From contig CDPCPM010000011.1 of assembly GCA_976551045.1 (NCBI GenBank), forward strand, positions 6,448,001-6,512,000: DNA of 64,000 bases. Direction: 5' to 3'. Below, piece by piece: positions 48,980 to 62,815 of this stretch. Below the pieces are notes generated by a model. The model ran no database searches. It was not told the DNA's origin and saw only the letters and a list, made by a program, of their open reading frames with translations. The position numbers and the translations under genes were made by a program. Position 1 is the first letter of the stretch, and each line of letters opens with the position of its first letter. The DNA comes from Glaucostegus cemiculus. Taxonomy: Eukaryota.

Positions 48980-50840
48980 ATTGGACTTCAAAATGCATCA
49001 AAAGTAACCTTGTCACAGGTATAGAAAGAAAGGGGATGAGCGACTACTAGGAAGGGCATGAAATGCAGGCAAGTAGTGCAGGAAACCCCTCTAGTCATTT
49101 CCCTCCCAAAAAGGTACAGCAGTTGGGAGGGAAGCTCTCTCAGAGGAAAGCAGCAACAAACAAATTTGCGGCATTGTGGTTGATTTTGATGCACAGCAGG
49201 AAGGGAAGAGTTTGGGCAAGTGGTAGTGGTGGGGAATTCTTTAATGAGGCAAACAGTCAGCTGCCTCTGTGGCTGAGAGTGAGACTCCAGAATGACCTGT
49301 TGCCTCCATGGTGCTAGGGTCAGGGATGTTATGGATTGGGTACCGAACACTCTGAAGGGGCAGGGAGAACAATCTGAACTCGTGGTATGCATTGGCAGAA
49401 GGAGAAAGAGAAATCCTCTGCAATTATAATTTGCAGGGGAATGGGAAGCATAGTAATAGTGCAGCAGATGGGGAGCAAAATGTAGAGGTGGGCACAGCAG
49501 ACTGAGGCAGGTCAGGGAGCACGGAGGGCTGGCAGGCTCAGCTGCATTTACTTTAATGCATGGAACCTCCCTGGTAATTCAGATAAGCTCCAAGCATGGA
49601 TCAGCGTTTGGAATTATGATGTTACTGCAATCAGAGAAAGGGCAGGACTGACAGCTTAATGCTCCAGGGTGTAGAGGTTTCAGACATGACAGAGGGAAAT
49701 GCAAAAGAGGAGGGGGAGCCATGCCACTGATCAGGGAGAAAACACCAGTAGAGCTTAGAGAGGATATTCTGGAGGGATTGTCCAATGAGGCCATAGAGGG
49801 GCAATCACTTTGCTAGTGTTATACAATAGGCCTCCCAATAGTCAATTGGAATTAGAGGAACAGATATGTAAGCAAATCACTGAAGGTGTAAGAGCAATAG
49901 CTTTATAGTTGTGGGAGATTTTAATTTTTCTAACATTGGCAGGGATTGCTGAAGTGCAAGGGGCTTAGACAGAATTTATTAACTGCATCCAGACAAGTTT
50001 TCTCAGACAGGACTATGTAGAGAGTACTATTAGAGGCAGAGCAGTCATTGTTGTGTTTGTTCCTTTATTTAAGAAAAGCAGCAGGGATAAGCCAGGTAAC
50101 CACAGCCAGCAAGTCTTACATCAATGGTAGGGAAATGATTGGACAAAATCCTCAGTGATGGAATTCATATACATTTGGAAAGGTCGGGGCTGACCAGGGC
50201 TAGTCACATTACCTTGTGCAGGAGAAGGGATTCAAGTCTATAGTTCCATGAAAATGAAAAAAACAGGTCATGGATCAGGGCATTGAATATGCAAGTTGGG
50301 GCATCAACTTTACAAAACACTGGTTAGACTGCACTTGGAGTACTGTGTGCAGTACTGGCCAAACTATAGGAAGGATTTGGTTGCACTGAAGAGAGTACAG
50401 AGGTCGTTGCCTAGGTTGAAGGATGTTGTTATGGGGAGAGATTGGATAGACTGAGAGGCTATTGACCAATGGAGGCTGAAGGGTGATCTGATAGAGGTAT
50501 ACAAAGTACTAGAGGCATAGATAGAGTAGATAGTCAGAATCTTCTTCCCATGGCATGAGTATCAAAAACAAAAGGGGATAGGTTTAAGGAGAGAGGAAGG
50601 AGATTTAAAGGGGATTTGAGAGGAATTTTGTTTTACATAGAGAGTGTTTGATATCTGGAACTTGCTAACAGAGGTGGTGGTAGAGTCAGGTACAATCACT
50701 ATGTTTGAGATATTTAGACAGACACCTAAATAAGGCAAGGTATAGAAGCACATGGCCCTAATCAGGGCAAAGTGGATGGATATAAAACGGAAATGGACAT
50801 GGTGGGCTGACGGGTAAAACTCTACGACTCTATGGCTCTA
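48980..50840 (+). mobile_element. CR1 LINE with ORF1 esterase, APE and ORF2 remnants and large internal deletions
   Basis: GACTCCAGAATGACCTGTTGCCTCCATGGTGCTAGGGTCAGGGAT (~DSRMVCCLPGARVRD), CIYFNA..., YNRPPNS, VVGDFNF, VPLFKK.SRDKPGN, LVRLHLEYCVQYW, IWNLLTEVVV, ACTCTACGACTCTATG tail. Confidence 0.9.
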
Positions 50841-51242
50841 AGTTGAATGCCTAGGTGGAATATTCAATGGTTGTATAAAACTTCAGAGTTAGTTTGCTTT
50901 TCTTTGAAAAGAACTTATTCCACAATGAATTCTCTTGTGTAAACTTGCCATGATCAAAGCAACATCTTTTGCAAATCAGATCTGCAAAGCCTCATGTTTA
51001 GATTTAGTTTGTTCCATATAAATCATTGTTGTTGCTCTGAGCCTCTGAATATTTCACCTTGCTATTAATGCAAGGCATTCTTATAAGTTTATTTCAAATG
51101 AAAAAGAGTTTGACATATAATGTTGTTTTGTTTGAAAGGACTTTATACAGTGACAGAAATCCAATCACAACAATTCACTGTATTATTTAAATGTGTCATA
51201 TTATGATAGAATCATCTTTTGAAGTAATTTCTTAAATCCAGT

Positions 51243-51385
51243 GGGTAGAATTTCTGTGGGACTGTCCCAATCATCTGACCCAGCTTCAATGAAGGTTTAA
51301 CAGAATCCCTGAATTAATCCATAAACTGGGAATTCTGATGATCTCCCACTGAAATGATGAGAGACAGTTTGAAGAATCCATGCAG
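51243..51385. mobile_element. Palindromic MITE-like element
   Basis: Nested inverted pairs CTGTCCCAATCAT/ATGATGAGAGACAG, TTCAATG/CACTGAA and CAGAATCCC/GGGAATTCTG. Confidence 0.5.
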
Positions 51386-54300
51386 TAATGCTGATGACTG
51401 ACTCTTTAAGTGATTTGAGAAATTTCATCAAGAAATGTCTGCATTGGGTATGACTTAACCCATGTCACCTGCTTGGAATGAAGTTACCAAGCAATTAAAA
51501 CTTCCTCCAAACCTTACCAAGCTGCTTCCATTTCATTACCACACCCTGCCATCACCAAATTATCTGTGTCTTTGTTTCAGATGATCTATCCGACCCCAGA
51601 AAATGACCCTTGATCCAGAAAGATATCATATGTCTGCCTATTACCCCTTCACTCATGGAGAATAGTTGACATTTAAAGAGAAGCCAAATGAAGAAATCAA
51701 GTTCCAAAATTTTAAATTAATCAATTATTAAATAATTATTAAATAATAACAATCAAGTTTATTACTTAGCCCCTTGACCACAAATCTCCACCATTTCTTA
51801 GCTCAGGGTATATATTTATCTATACATACTAGATATATTGGGAAAGCTGACTTTAAATAATCATAGCAATGGCATGCAGAAATGTTTGAGCTGATTGAGA
51901 CTATTAACGATTCAAACACAGAATAATACATTGTGGCCCCACATATTGAGAGCAAATGGTCCTCATAAGTGCGTAGTGCTGGAAATAATCTCCATTTTCC
52001 TCACTAACATGCAAGAATTTAACAGATTTACCTTATCCTTAACATTTACAATGAAACAGAATCACTAGGGTCAGAACACATTCCTGCATCAATGGTAATA
52101 TCCATATCCCTTTGCTGTTATTGTTAATGAAAAATCAGGGCCAACCTGGCAAATTATCTTAGAGGCAAAAGTGAAAAATATTTGTTAATGTTGCTGTTAT
52201 TGGTGCATTGCTAAAATCAGATTTGCAGAGTTATAGAAAAGATTATATTTTATGTAAGGATGTTAGCTGAAAAATAAACACTAGAACTGTGTGCAGGGAT
52301 AAATTTCTCTTTAGGAGCAGTTGCTAAGTGCATATGAGATTATCAGCTGCTGGTTATACTGACCTCTGCACATTAGCTTCCATCCACTCCAGACCAGGTG
52401 TATCATTGGCCAGAGGGAAATTAAAGCAGCTTTCTCTGCACCCAAATTATCTGCTTTAACTTTCATCTCAAAATCCATACCCACAGTATCAGTTTGGCAT
52501 TCCTATTTCCTCTAACACTTCACACTGCAGCCTCGCTGAGTTATGGTACCAGTTTGTTCCAACTTATAGCATGTTAGAAATCTCACCATAGAAGAAATCC
52601 ACTCAGTCCATCATCGCGCACTGACACTATTTACTCTAATCCAATTTCTCTTCTCTTACTCCGTGCGCTTAACTATTTTACTTTCAATATTCACAAATTC
52701 TTTCTCAAATGTAGTGATTTATGTGGTACACTTTATCATTATATGTCAGATTTCAATAATATTTAACTTCTCAACTTCATGGAATTGAACTACAGTTTAA
52801 GTCACTTATCATAACTTTATTTTCTTATTGCCTTATCATCCTGATAATTCACTTCTCTATAAATCAAAAAAAATTGTGATTTTAAAAAACTGCACATCAT
52901 ATAACAAATTGTTGTCTCAGCAATGTTATGCAGATTTATTATCTCCTTGAGTTTATATTTAAACATCCCTGCATATAAAACTAACCATTTTTAATATGCT
53001 TCTTTTACACTTACAATTCTTTTTAAAAAAACCAATATTGTTGTATTCCTACTCCAGTTTATCAAGTGCATACTCTTGTTCTCTGTTAATGATTGCAAAC
53101 TGTACATTTCCACACACATTTGTATTAAAATACATTTGCCATGAATCTGTCTATTACTTGAATCTAAGTGCTTCATGTTATCATATTTTTACCTCAGTGT
53201 TGAGCCACATAATTCATCATCTGTTGGTAAATTACTGGTAGGTTTTTGCTGTAAACTTATGCTGTTGGAAAATGGATTGTGATTAACCAAACAGATTTCA
53301 CATAATCCCCTTAACTGTTGAAAGAGAAATGAGAATTTTATTCCATTTGACTGGCCTGAACTCAAATTGAAATCCTATAAGTACACAGGTGTTGTGTTAG
53401 CTCACTGCTTCACCATGTCACTCCTTTTGAAATATCTATAATAAGTAAATACATTTGCTATAAATGGGAAACAAATGAATTTCCAGCATGTTGAAATGAA
53501 GTTGATGATAATGACACATGAACATTCATAAACTCAGTGAAGCTTTGGTACCTAGAGGTTCTGAGAAGCTGCTTTGCTCTGTTGAAGTCCAAGATAAGGG
53601 GACACAATCTGCTTCTTCACAGTTCTGGTTAGAGTGGAGATGTTCTCATCGTTTATCTGCACCACTCGTTGAATTGCTTCACACAAAATAGAACGAAGTC
53701 AAAACTTTTTTTTCCATCTGATGCTTCAGCAGAACGGTTTGCAGGATATTATTTATACACTTATTTCTTGAATAAAATCAACCAGCACATTTATATTCTG
53801 AGAACCGCTATCAGCTGATATTTTCATGTGTACATTGAGTGGAGATAAGTGGCTGGCAGCTTCTTCATATTTGTTCCCAAAATATTCTATGCTGGAAGAC
53901 CACTGCCTCAAAGGGAAAGTTGGGTTAGAGGTATACATGTGGAAGAAGGTTTTAAAAACAAACTAAAAAGCAATTCCTTATTCTTGGAGAGGTTTTGTAA
54001 TATAGTTTCAGTGTTCTTGAGCAATATAGTTAATATTGTGATTCATGTAGAAAATAAAATGAAGTGCCATACATACTCTACTGAAAGAAAAGTGTCCTGG
54101 ATAAAACTGGGGATAATTTATGCATTATGCTGTTATACTCAGTACAATTTTACTTAGATTGATCAAACCAAATATAGACTTGCATGCAGCACAAATCAAT
54201 CTTCTGCCACATCTTGAACTAAATTTTTTTTAAGTCATCCAACTACCCATTAAACTGGTCACAATCCCGGATCTAATTATTCATCATTTGTAGTTCAGCT

Positions 54301-56671
54301 CATTCTGCGGGACTTTGAAGTCCTTAAAAACAAGCACATTTAGAGTTCTCTTGGAAACAAGAACATTAATAAACATGATAAAAAATTTTAAAATCTTAAT
54401 TTACTAAGAGTACAGTAAACCATTTAACTAGTGAATGGTTCTATATAGTTATTCTTTAATTTTCTGTTATTTAATAATGGGTTACTCGGAGGAGGAACAA
54501 AACATTTAATTAAAAGTCAATAAACGTTGTAATACAATCATTTTCAGCCATATTAATAAAGCTCTACCAAGATATCGTTCTTGAATATATCATGGAATAT
54601 TTCTCAAAGCGGAATTTTTCTGAGTAAATTATATTCCTAAATTGGGCTGGTTCATGGAAAAATTAAGCAAATAAGAAAATTAATTTGAATGGAACCTTAA
54701 GCAAAAAAATCCGTGTAATTTTAGTCGCAATTTTTGTGTCCAGATTATCCGATGTAGAACTACCTAGTTCAATGTGTGAATGTGCAAATGAATGTAGATC
54801 AGAATTAAGGAAGTTAATTAAGAAAACCCAAAAGTTTAACAGTTTAGAAGAGATGCTATGCTTGCATTGCCATTCATTCAAATGAACTTACTATTTTCTA
54901 ATCAACTGATATGCTACTGGAAAGTTTCCCAGACCTTTTGGTTATATGTCTTTTCAGAGAGATCTGATTATTCTGCTCATTCCAGTCTCCATTCTAATCA
55001 TACACACTGAATAGAAGCTAACTGCCTTTTTAAAAAAAAAATTACATCCCTCATCTTCTAACTCCATAACCACTCTCCTGCAGACAGCCTGCCCCACTAC
55101 CCCTAGTTAACAAAATTGGGTGCTACTGGATCACAAAAAGCAGGAATTTCAAGTTCAATCCTTGAGGTAGTCATTAATAGCCAACATGGGACACATTGCC
55201 CTCAGTATCTCCCAATTTGTGAAAAGGAAGGATTGTTAAAAATCTTGTTATCTTTATGTTCTCCCTTTTTAAATGTGTCCACATGTTGGTATAGATGGGG
55301 AAGGGTTGACAGCAAAATAAGAGCTAGCCTGTGACGGTCCAATAGCCTTCTGATATTGTCTGATTGAAAATAGTCACTTTGAATGAGGCACTTAGAGGTT
55401 ATCAAAACCTATGGAGCTATAGGCACAATTTACAAAGTCTGCACTACTGGAGTGGAATCTCCCCACTGACAATGCACAACGGGCAGTCCTCAACAGTGCA
55501 CCATGGGTTTTCAATATGTGCTGCTCCCTGGCAAAGTTCCTGTTGGCAAGAAATTAACCCATGCATTTCAGCATTGATGGCTATGTCAAATAAAAGTTTG
55601 ATTGATCTATACACCAATGCATATCTCTATTCTCATCTCATGCTTGCCTTCACAGTCCCATATCCCCATATACTGCTGGGAGTATGTAGAATTATTATAT
55701 ATCCCTATGTAAACTCAGTTTTATAATGAGAACCTCTGGGAATTTTCAGCAGGTCATCTCAGACTATCTGAGTGTGTTTACACTTTTGATGCATAAAAGG
55801 GATCTCATTCAGTTCACATCAGATCAGGATAATGCAAAGTAAATGTAATCTTTGACTTTTTACATGTTTCACTGTCCAGACTCAGGTCATGCCATGGGCT
55901 GTGCCAATTCAGTAGCCTGCTACACACACTAACAATTCCTTCCTCACAGAGAAAAGAAAATGCCTGTTTTATTCTATTTAGAATGATGTATGTGAAATCT
56001 TCAGTTTGCCACCCAAATCAGTGCAAATATCAAGAGACTTCTTACTCCGAATAACCATCTAACTAAGTAATTCTGCACCATTTGCACATGGCCAAATATA
56101 CAAGAAATGCAAATTTATGACTGAAGTACAAAGGCAACATCTGGCTCATTCTCATTCTCTTCCTCTATTCTCATCGCAATTCCTCCCTCATCTGCTCATT
56201 CTTTCTTGCCTTTATTTATTTCTGTCTCTTTTTACTGCACTCTAATCATCTCACCACACTTTCCCCCTTTTCTATCATTGCAAATCTCTCACATTACGCA
56301 TCTGAGCTGCTTTTGCTGCCACTGGCTGTTAACACGGTTTGAAATACGACATTATTATCTGTTATCAGCTTTTGATTCCTGCCTCTAATCATTACTACTA
56401 GAAACTGTTCGAACCCAAGATAATTAGCACAGAATCCAGCAGCTCCACCAGCCACAGATGCATGTTAAAGAGATCTTCTGCTGTACTGTTGTTTCTGTCA
56501 GCACTACCTCCTGGGGTTCAGCAGCACAGAAAAAAAGATTCCTACACAATTTCTTTAGATATCATTCTCTCCAAGGGCCAATTCAGCCCACGCACAATCC
56601 CACATCAAACAGCTTGTGGATAAGTCAGTCTTCCTGAGCTAGCTGGAATTTTTAAATTTTTAAACCAAGCT

Positions 56672-56745
56672 CTGTGTGTGTATGTGTGTTTGTGTTTGTA
56701 AGTGTGTGTGTGTGTGTATATATGCGTGTGTATGTATTTGTGTAT
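56672..56745. repeat. Imperfect (TG)n microsatellite
   Basis: Direct observation. Confidence 0.95.
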
Positions 56746-59700
56746 CTTATCTTTGAACGAGCCTGTTGGTTGGAATTTACAATACCCTGCTTGTGGTATG
56801 TTTGTGAAGATTATTTTTTTAACATCCATTCTGTTCTGACTGCAGTCAACATGGCTGTGTTTATAACTATGGTTACATTTGTTCCTCTTTACAATGTGTT
56901 TACATGGTACAAAGGAACCAAGAAAACATCATTTCCATCTGAACCCACCAACCCCTCTCTGCAACAATTGTTCTTCTGTAAGAAATAATTTATTGTTACA
57001 AAATGTATAATGTACCAACTACAATTGTGCAAATTGCAACATTTTATTAACAAAGACAATTCTTTGGCAAATATACAAATCTGATAACAGTTAACTTGTG
57101 TGGGGAACCCCACACCCATCCTTTGTAACCCCAAATGGACTAATTCATGCAAAATACTGTTTCAACTATTTTTTCAACCATTCTAAACTTTTAGATATCA
57201 CAAGGTTTGCCTTTGTAAGTGATTACACACTATATATGAAAAATAGGATGGGGTTGGGAAGGAAGTAATGACAGAGGGGAGATTCCAAAGGAAACATTTT
57301 CCACTGAGGTTTCAACTTTTGGTAGGTGCAGAGTGGTGCATCAACAATTCCCTTTGTGCTAAGTGTTTAAAAGCTGCCTTAATACTCAGCAGGCAAAGGC
57401 AATTAAACCATGTTCAGTAACATCAGAAAATGTGCAGTTATTTGTAATGAGAAAGCTGCATGAAAGAATACAAATGCTTCAGTTCTGTAACCTTACAAAA
57501 TGTTAAGTGATACATCTGATGAACGGTACAGAAGAAACACTTAGCAGTAGCATGTAATTCAATACTGCAAATGCTGCTTTTCTCTGTGCTCTCACTTTGC
57601 ACTTAAAAGGTAAATTATTACCTATATTAATAAAAATAGCACATATACAAGGATGAAAACAGCAGAATACTTAAATTTACTGGTTCAGTACTCACGCTAA
57701 CATGTAACTTTAACCTTGTATTGAATGAACTATTTTTGGAGATCACATACATCTGTCCTCTTTCTCTGGCATGAATTTTAGTTAATTTTCACCATATCTC
57801 TTGCAGTGCAGAGAAAATACAGAGTTGTGCTTCTAGGTGAACTGATAAAAAAGAAAAGCCATAAATTTCCACCCTCGCACTGATCCTGTTAAGGAGTATT
57901 TGACCTCAGCTTGACTGTCTCATCATCCTTTCTTTAGCTCCTGTGGCTGTTACTACCGGCTCTTGGAGTCAGAGCAGGAGCCAGATTGGATCTGTGTGTC
58001 CTCTGACACTTACAAGCTTTACAAACCACCCCTAACAGTCTGAGAAAGAAAAGAAAATGAGTGGCAGAGTCCAAGCCTATAATCACTCACATCATTGCAT
58101 TCTCTCTGGCTCTGTCCTTCTTCATCCACTTCTGCATTCCATCAGTAAAAGTCTCAGATCCCCTTCACTTTATCTCTTCTGTCTCCCAAATAGCCTACAA
58201 GATACCTATTCCAAAATCCTATTGGATTTTCATAATGCTTAAAACAAATCTTACAGAATTTCATACAATAAAGGTTAAATCCCAAAATAATGCTGTTGAG
58301 CTTGAAGCTTCTGATAGATACCAAGGAAATAATTTCAAGTCCTGAAAGGGATGTTTTGGGGGGAAAGCATTCTTCTTCCCATACAATATTTTTAATCTAC
58401 TGTCCATCTCTTTGCAATATATTTCCCTCCAGCCTTCATGATTCTCTGTCCCTCTATCTTTCTCATCTCTTTTTCTCTTCACACATAACCCCTTTGCCAC
58501 ATTCAAAAGACAATGAAATGCTGTACTTACAGAACTGTACAGCTCAGAGTTAAAGTGCTGGTTGGGTTGCTAACATCCCGAGGCAGAGACAATCAGAGTT
58601 TCCTTCAGCAGCACAGAGCTCGATCAGTCAGCATCTCCCCTCAGCAACCATCGCAAGCACTGACAGCTCCGACTGATGCTTACAAACACACAAACTGACA
58701 GGTGCTGTCTGACGACGACTTGAGGTGACTGCCTAATTAACTTGACCCTTCCAGGCGATAAATTAGTGTTGTCAAGACACAAGCATGACTCAAACGGGCT
58801 TCTGCCTCATTTCATTTATTCTTATTGCACAGCAGAAAATATTAACAGAAAATAATTGTTGTTCCTTCAGTCAACTGGGATTTATGAATGTACTTTAGCT
58901 TCATATTATTCCTGTTACTTCAATGATGTTTTTGTAAACTCAATTATTTTATTTAATAAATAAAAAAATATAGCTTCTCAAGTAATGCTCTGGCTTCATA
59001 TTTAACATGAAATCGTTTAGTGATGGTACACTGGTTACATCTGGCAAACAACTATTTAAATTCTGCAAGAGACCAATGAGCAGTAATTGATTTGGTAAAA
59101 GAGACAAAACCTGGTCCATTAGGTTAAATCATTTTGTAAAATTTGTGAAAGAATCCACAAAATAATGAGCAGTGATTTTGTGCATCGAAACTTATTGATC
59201 TTTACACACAGGGACATTTTAGGATTGAAAGCAGGAAGTTCTTCACTGGTAAACTGAACAAATCAAACTGTTCTTGCTGTTTAGCTAATTCATGAGACAC
59301 TTATGATGCTTTGGGTGATTGTACTCTTAGGCTTTACCCTGATGCATGTCTAATGCTTGAATCCGAGTGTAAAGTTGGAATTCTTGGGACTACTAGCAGT
59401 GACAGTGATGGGGAATGTGGCTTGGCAGGGGTTCGTGGGTGGGTGGTGGTGGAAGGAACAATGCACTTCAGAGCATCTATTGTACCAATGACACTCAATA
59501 CACCTGATGTTTGGAACAGTAAGCAATGAGTTTTAACCCTTAATAGGGATATTTGTGCTTTGCCTCACAAAGATCTGCTTAATGCATCACTCACAGATTC
59601 TCTTTGCTGTTAACTGAATTAAGCAGTTAACTGATAATGAAAGAAATACCAGCCCTATAGTGAGGCGATCATAAGGTGAAAATTCCCAGTTTTGCTCCTC

Positions 59701-59924
59701 TCAGTTTGGGACCTCAGTTTAAACATTTATAGAGTTAAACAGCCCTGATGATCATTGACCTATTCTATTCTGAAATATTATTACATTTAACCATAAAGTG
59801 ACCAAGGTTCTCAAAACTGGGTGTGCTAAACAACAAGAACTTGAGGTCTGGGAAAGAGCGGCACACAAAACAAAGAGGAAAATGATTCCTAATCTGGGAA
59901 ATTATGATAAGGAAGGAAAATATC

Positions 59925-60055
59925 CAGCTCTGCGGGAATGTGCAAATACATTTTGCAACATTTTATTCAGAGGCTGAATTTCAAAAATACTTCAGTGGTT
60001 GTCAAGCCCTGAGGTCATCAAAGGCATTGTGTAAATGCAACTCCATTCTTTCTAT
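59925..60055 (+). mobile_element. Deu-domain SINE tail
   Basis: TTTCAAAAATACTTCAGTGGTTGTCAAGCCCTGAGGTCATCAAAGGCATTGTGTAAATGCAA. Confidence 0.6.
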
Positions 60056-60985
60056 AAGAAACAAAAGGAAGAAGAAAAGGATTGGGATCAACAAGCCTGG
60101 TACTTCCACAAACCAGTTGCAATCCACTTTATCAGAGGATGTGCCCAACCCTGAAAAATTGCCTGCTAAACATTTTCCAGACTTGTCCTAACCCTTCAAT
60201 GGAAATTCAAATGGTAATTGCAACAAAGAAAAATGATTCAGCCTGCAACTACATTTACAGCCCACCTCCTTCCCATATCTATTCAGTATCTGGGATTTCT
60301 GAAATCCATTTAGGGTATTTACCACATCTACTTACAGTAAAATCCATTTAAGCATGAAGAAATTCTTCCTGACATCAATTTTAAAGTTACCTTTTACTTG
60401 TATGAACCTTGTTCCATTCTCTTAATTTGAAGTGGCATTCCCGATTTATCTGTCCAGCAGAGTTTACAGCCTGATAGAAGCCTTTAAAATTACCTTTCAG
60501 GTGCTTTGTTTCCAGGTTGAGAAGCCAGACTATCTCTGCTTCTTCCTTATAACTCACCAACATCAGCTCTCAATATTCTGCTTCTTCCCCAGCAATACCC
60601 GTAGTGCAAGAATACCTCCACTGCATTCAAGCAATACAGCACGTATACAGGCCCTTAGGACCAACAGTCCATGCCAGCCACAGTGCCCACCATTTCCTGC
60701 GATCGGCCCATATCCCTCCAAGCCCCGCCCCTCCTTGTATCTATCCAAATGCTTCTTAAATGATACTATTGTACTTGCCTCAACCACTTCCTCTGGCAGC
60801 TCGTTCCATATACTCATCACACTTTGCATGAAAAATTACCCCTCAGGTCCTTTTTAAATCTTTCCCCTCTCACCCTAAACCTATGCCCCCTAGATTTGGA
60901 CTCCCCTACCCTGGAGAAAACACAGCTACAATCCACCTTTTCTATGCCTCTCATGATTTTATAACCGCTATAAAGTCACCCCTCA

Positions 60986-61109
60986 TGAATGATAGAGAAA
61001 CACGCAGCTATGTGGGAGGGAAGAGTTAGATAGATCTTAGAGCAGGATAAAAAGTCAGCACAACATTTTGGGCCGAAGGGCCTGTACTGTGCTGTAGTGT
61101 TCTATGTTC
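60986..61109 (+). mobile_element. CR1 3' tail inserted antisense into the younger CR1
   Basis: GTCAGCACAACATTTTGGGCCGAAGGGCCTGTACTGTGCTGTAGTGTTCTATGTTC interrupts host CCCCTCAT|...|TTTCCTACGCTCC. Confidence 0.8.
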
Positions 61110-61823
61110 ATTTTCCTACGCTCCAAGGAATAGAGATCTAACCTGGCCAATCTCTCCCTATAACTCAGGCCCTCTAGTCCTGGCAACATCCTTGTAAATC
61201 TTTTTTACACTCTTTCCAGTTTAACCACATCTTTCCTGTAACAGGGTGACCAAAACTGTACACAGTACTCCCAGTGTGGCCTCACTAACAACTAATGCAA
61301 CTGCAACATAATGTCCCAACTTCTATTCTCAATGCCCTGACTGCTGAAGGCCAATCTGTTAAACACCTTTCTCAGCACCTTGTGACGCCGCTATCAACGA
61401 ACTGTGTTTTTGTACTTCGAGGTCTCTCTGTTCCATTACACTCCCTAGTGCTCTACCATTAATAGTATAAGTCCTATGCTGGTTTAACTTTCCAAAGTGC
61501 ATCACCTCACCCTTATCTATATTGAAATCCATTTGCTACTCCTCAATCCACTTTCCTAAATGATCAAGATCCCCCTGTGATCTACAATAACCTTCTTCAC
61601 AATCAATAACACCTCCTAATTTTGTGTCACCCACAAACTTACTGATCAAACCTCGTGCATTCACATCCAAATAATTTATATAAATAACGAATAACAAGGG
61701 TCCCAACACCGAACCCTGTGGCACACCAATATTCATTGGCCTCCATTCTGAGAAACAACCTTCAATCACCACCCTCTGCTTCCAACCTCCAAGCCAATGT
61801 TGAATCCACAAAACTAGCTCCTC

Positions 61824-62174
61824 TTCCATCGGGTAGAAGATACAGGAGTCTGAGGGCACATACCACCAGACTTAAGGACAGCTTCTACTCCACTGTGATA
61901 AGACTATTGAATGGTTCCCTTATACAATGGAATGGACTATGACCTCACGATCTACCTTGTTGTGACCTTGCACCTTATTGCACTGCACTTTCTCTGTAAC
62001 TGTGACACTTTACTCTATACTGTTATTGTTTTTACATGTACTACATCAATGCACTCTGTACTAACTCAATGTAACTGCACTGTGTAATGAACTGATCTGT
62101 ACGATAGGTTTGCAAGACAAGTTTTTCAGTGTACCTCGGTACAAGTGACAATAATAAACCAATACCAATACCAA
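61824..62174 (+). mobile_element. Rex1/Babar-type non-LTR retrotransposon 3' end with (CCAATA)n tail
   Basis: LPSGRRYRSLRAHTTRLKDSFYSTVIRLLN is the typical Rex1 C-terminus; AATAAA followed by CCAATA repeats; near-TSD TAGCTCCTC (61815-61823) / TAACTCTTC (62175-62183). Confidence 0.85.
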
Positions 62175-62599
62175 TAACTCTTCATGGATTCCATAGGACA
62201 TAAACTTCCAGACCAGCCTACCATGCGGGAGCTTGTTGAAGGCCTTGCTAAAGTCCAAATGGACAACATTCACTACCCTACCCTCATCTACCTTTTTGGT
62301 TACCTCTTCAAAAAATCTCTAAAAGATTCATCAAGAAGTGACCAGATGCAGAAGTGTTCATCAAAATGCAATTCACCCAGAGCCCAGTACAATTTAGCCA
62401 TAACTTCATGAGATTTGCTTTCAACATATTTTGGCAATATGATTTAACACTCCAATGTTTTGTTGATCATTGCCCTGAAGTATTTGCACGTATTTGCTAT
62501 TAGGTCTACAAATAGTTCTAAGGCTCATCCATAGTTATTTCAATACCATTCAAGTGTAATACATATGTATACATAAGGGGTATACATATTACTCCTTTT

Positions 62600-62815
62600 C
62601 CAAAACAAAAACAGAAAATGTTGGAAAAACTCAACAGGTGAGGCAGCATCTGTGAAAAGAGAACCAGTCAATGTAGCAGGAACTCCTCCACCTTCTCTCC
62701 TACTGAAAACTAACTTGCATCCCTCTTTCTTTCCCAGTTCTGAAAAAGAGTTGCAGACCCAAAACATTGAATGTTTCTCCGGCATTTTCTTTTACTGTTT
62801 TGGATTTCAAGCACT
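62600..62815. mobile_element. Penelope-derived mini element with inverted arms and hammerhead remnant
   Basis: CAGAAAATGTTGGAAAAACTCAACAGG..GCAGCATCTGTG then CCCAGTTCTGAAAAAGAGTTGCAGACCCAAAACATTGAATG...GCATTTTC. Confidence 0.7.

Larger units (their letters stand above)
60630..62328 (-). mobile_element. Younger CR1/HER1-type LINE (RT through 3' UTR)
   Basis: VHLDFSKAFNKLPHGRLVWK (62273-), WIQHWL..GVPQGSVLGPLLFVIYINYLD..ISKFVGDTKLGG (61859-), IWNELPEEVVEA (60829-). Confidence 0.95.

Noticed and set aside
55162-55185. TGAGGTAGT, let-7-like start
   Set aside because: The match stops after the seed; no let-7 body or hairpin.
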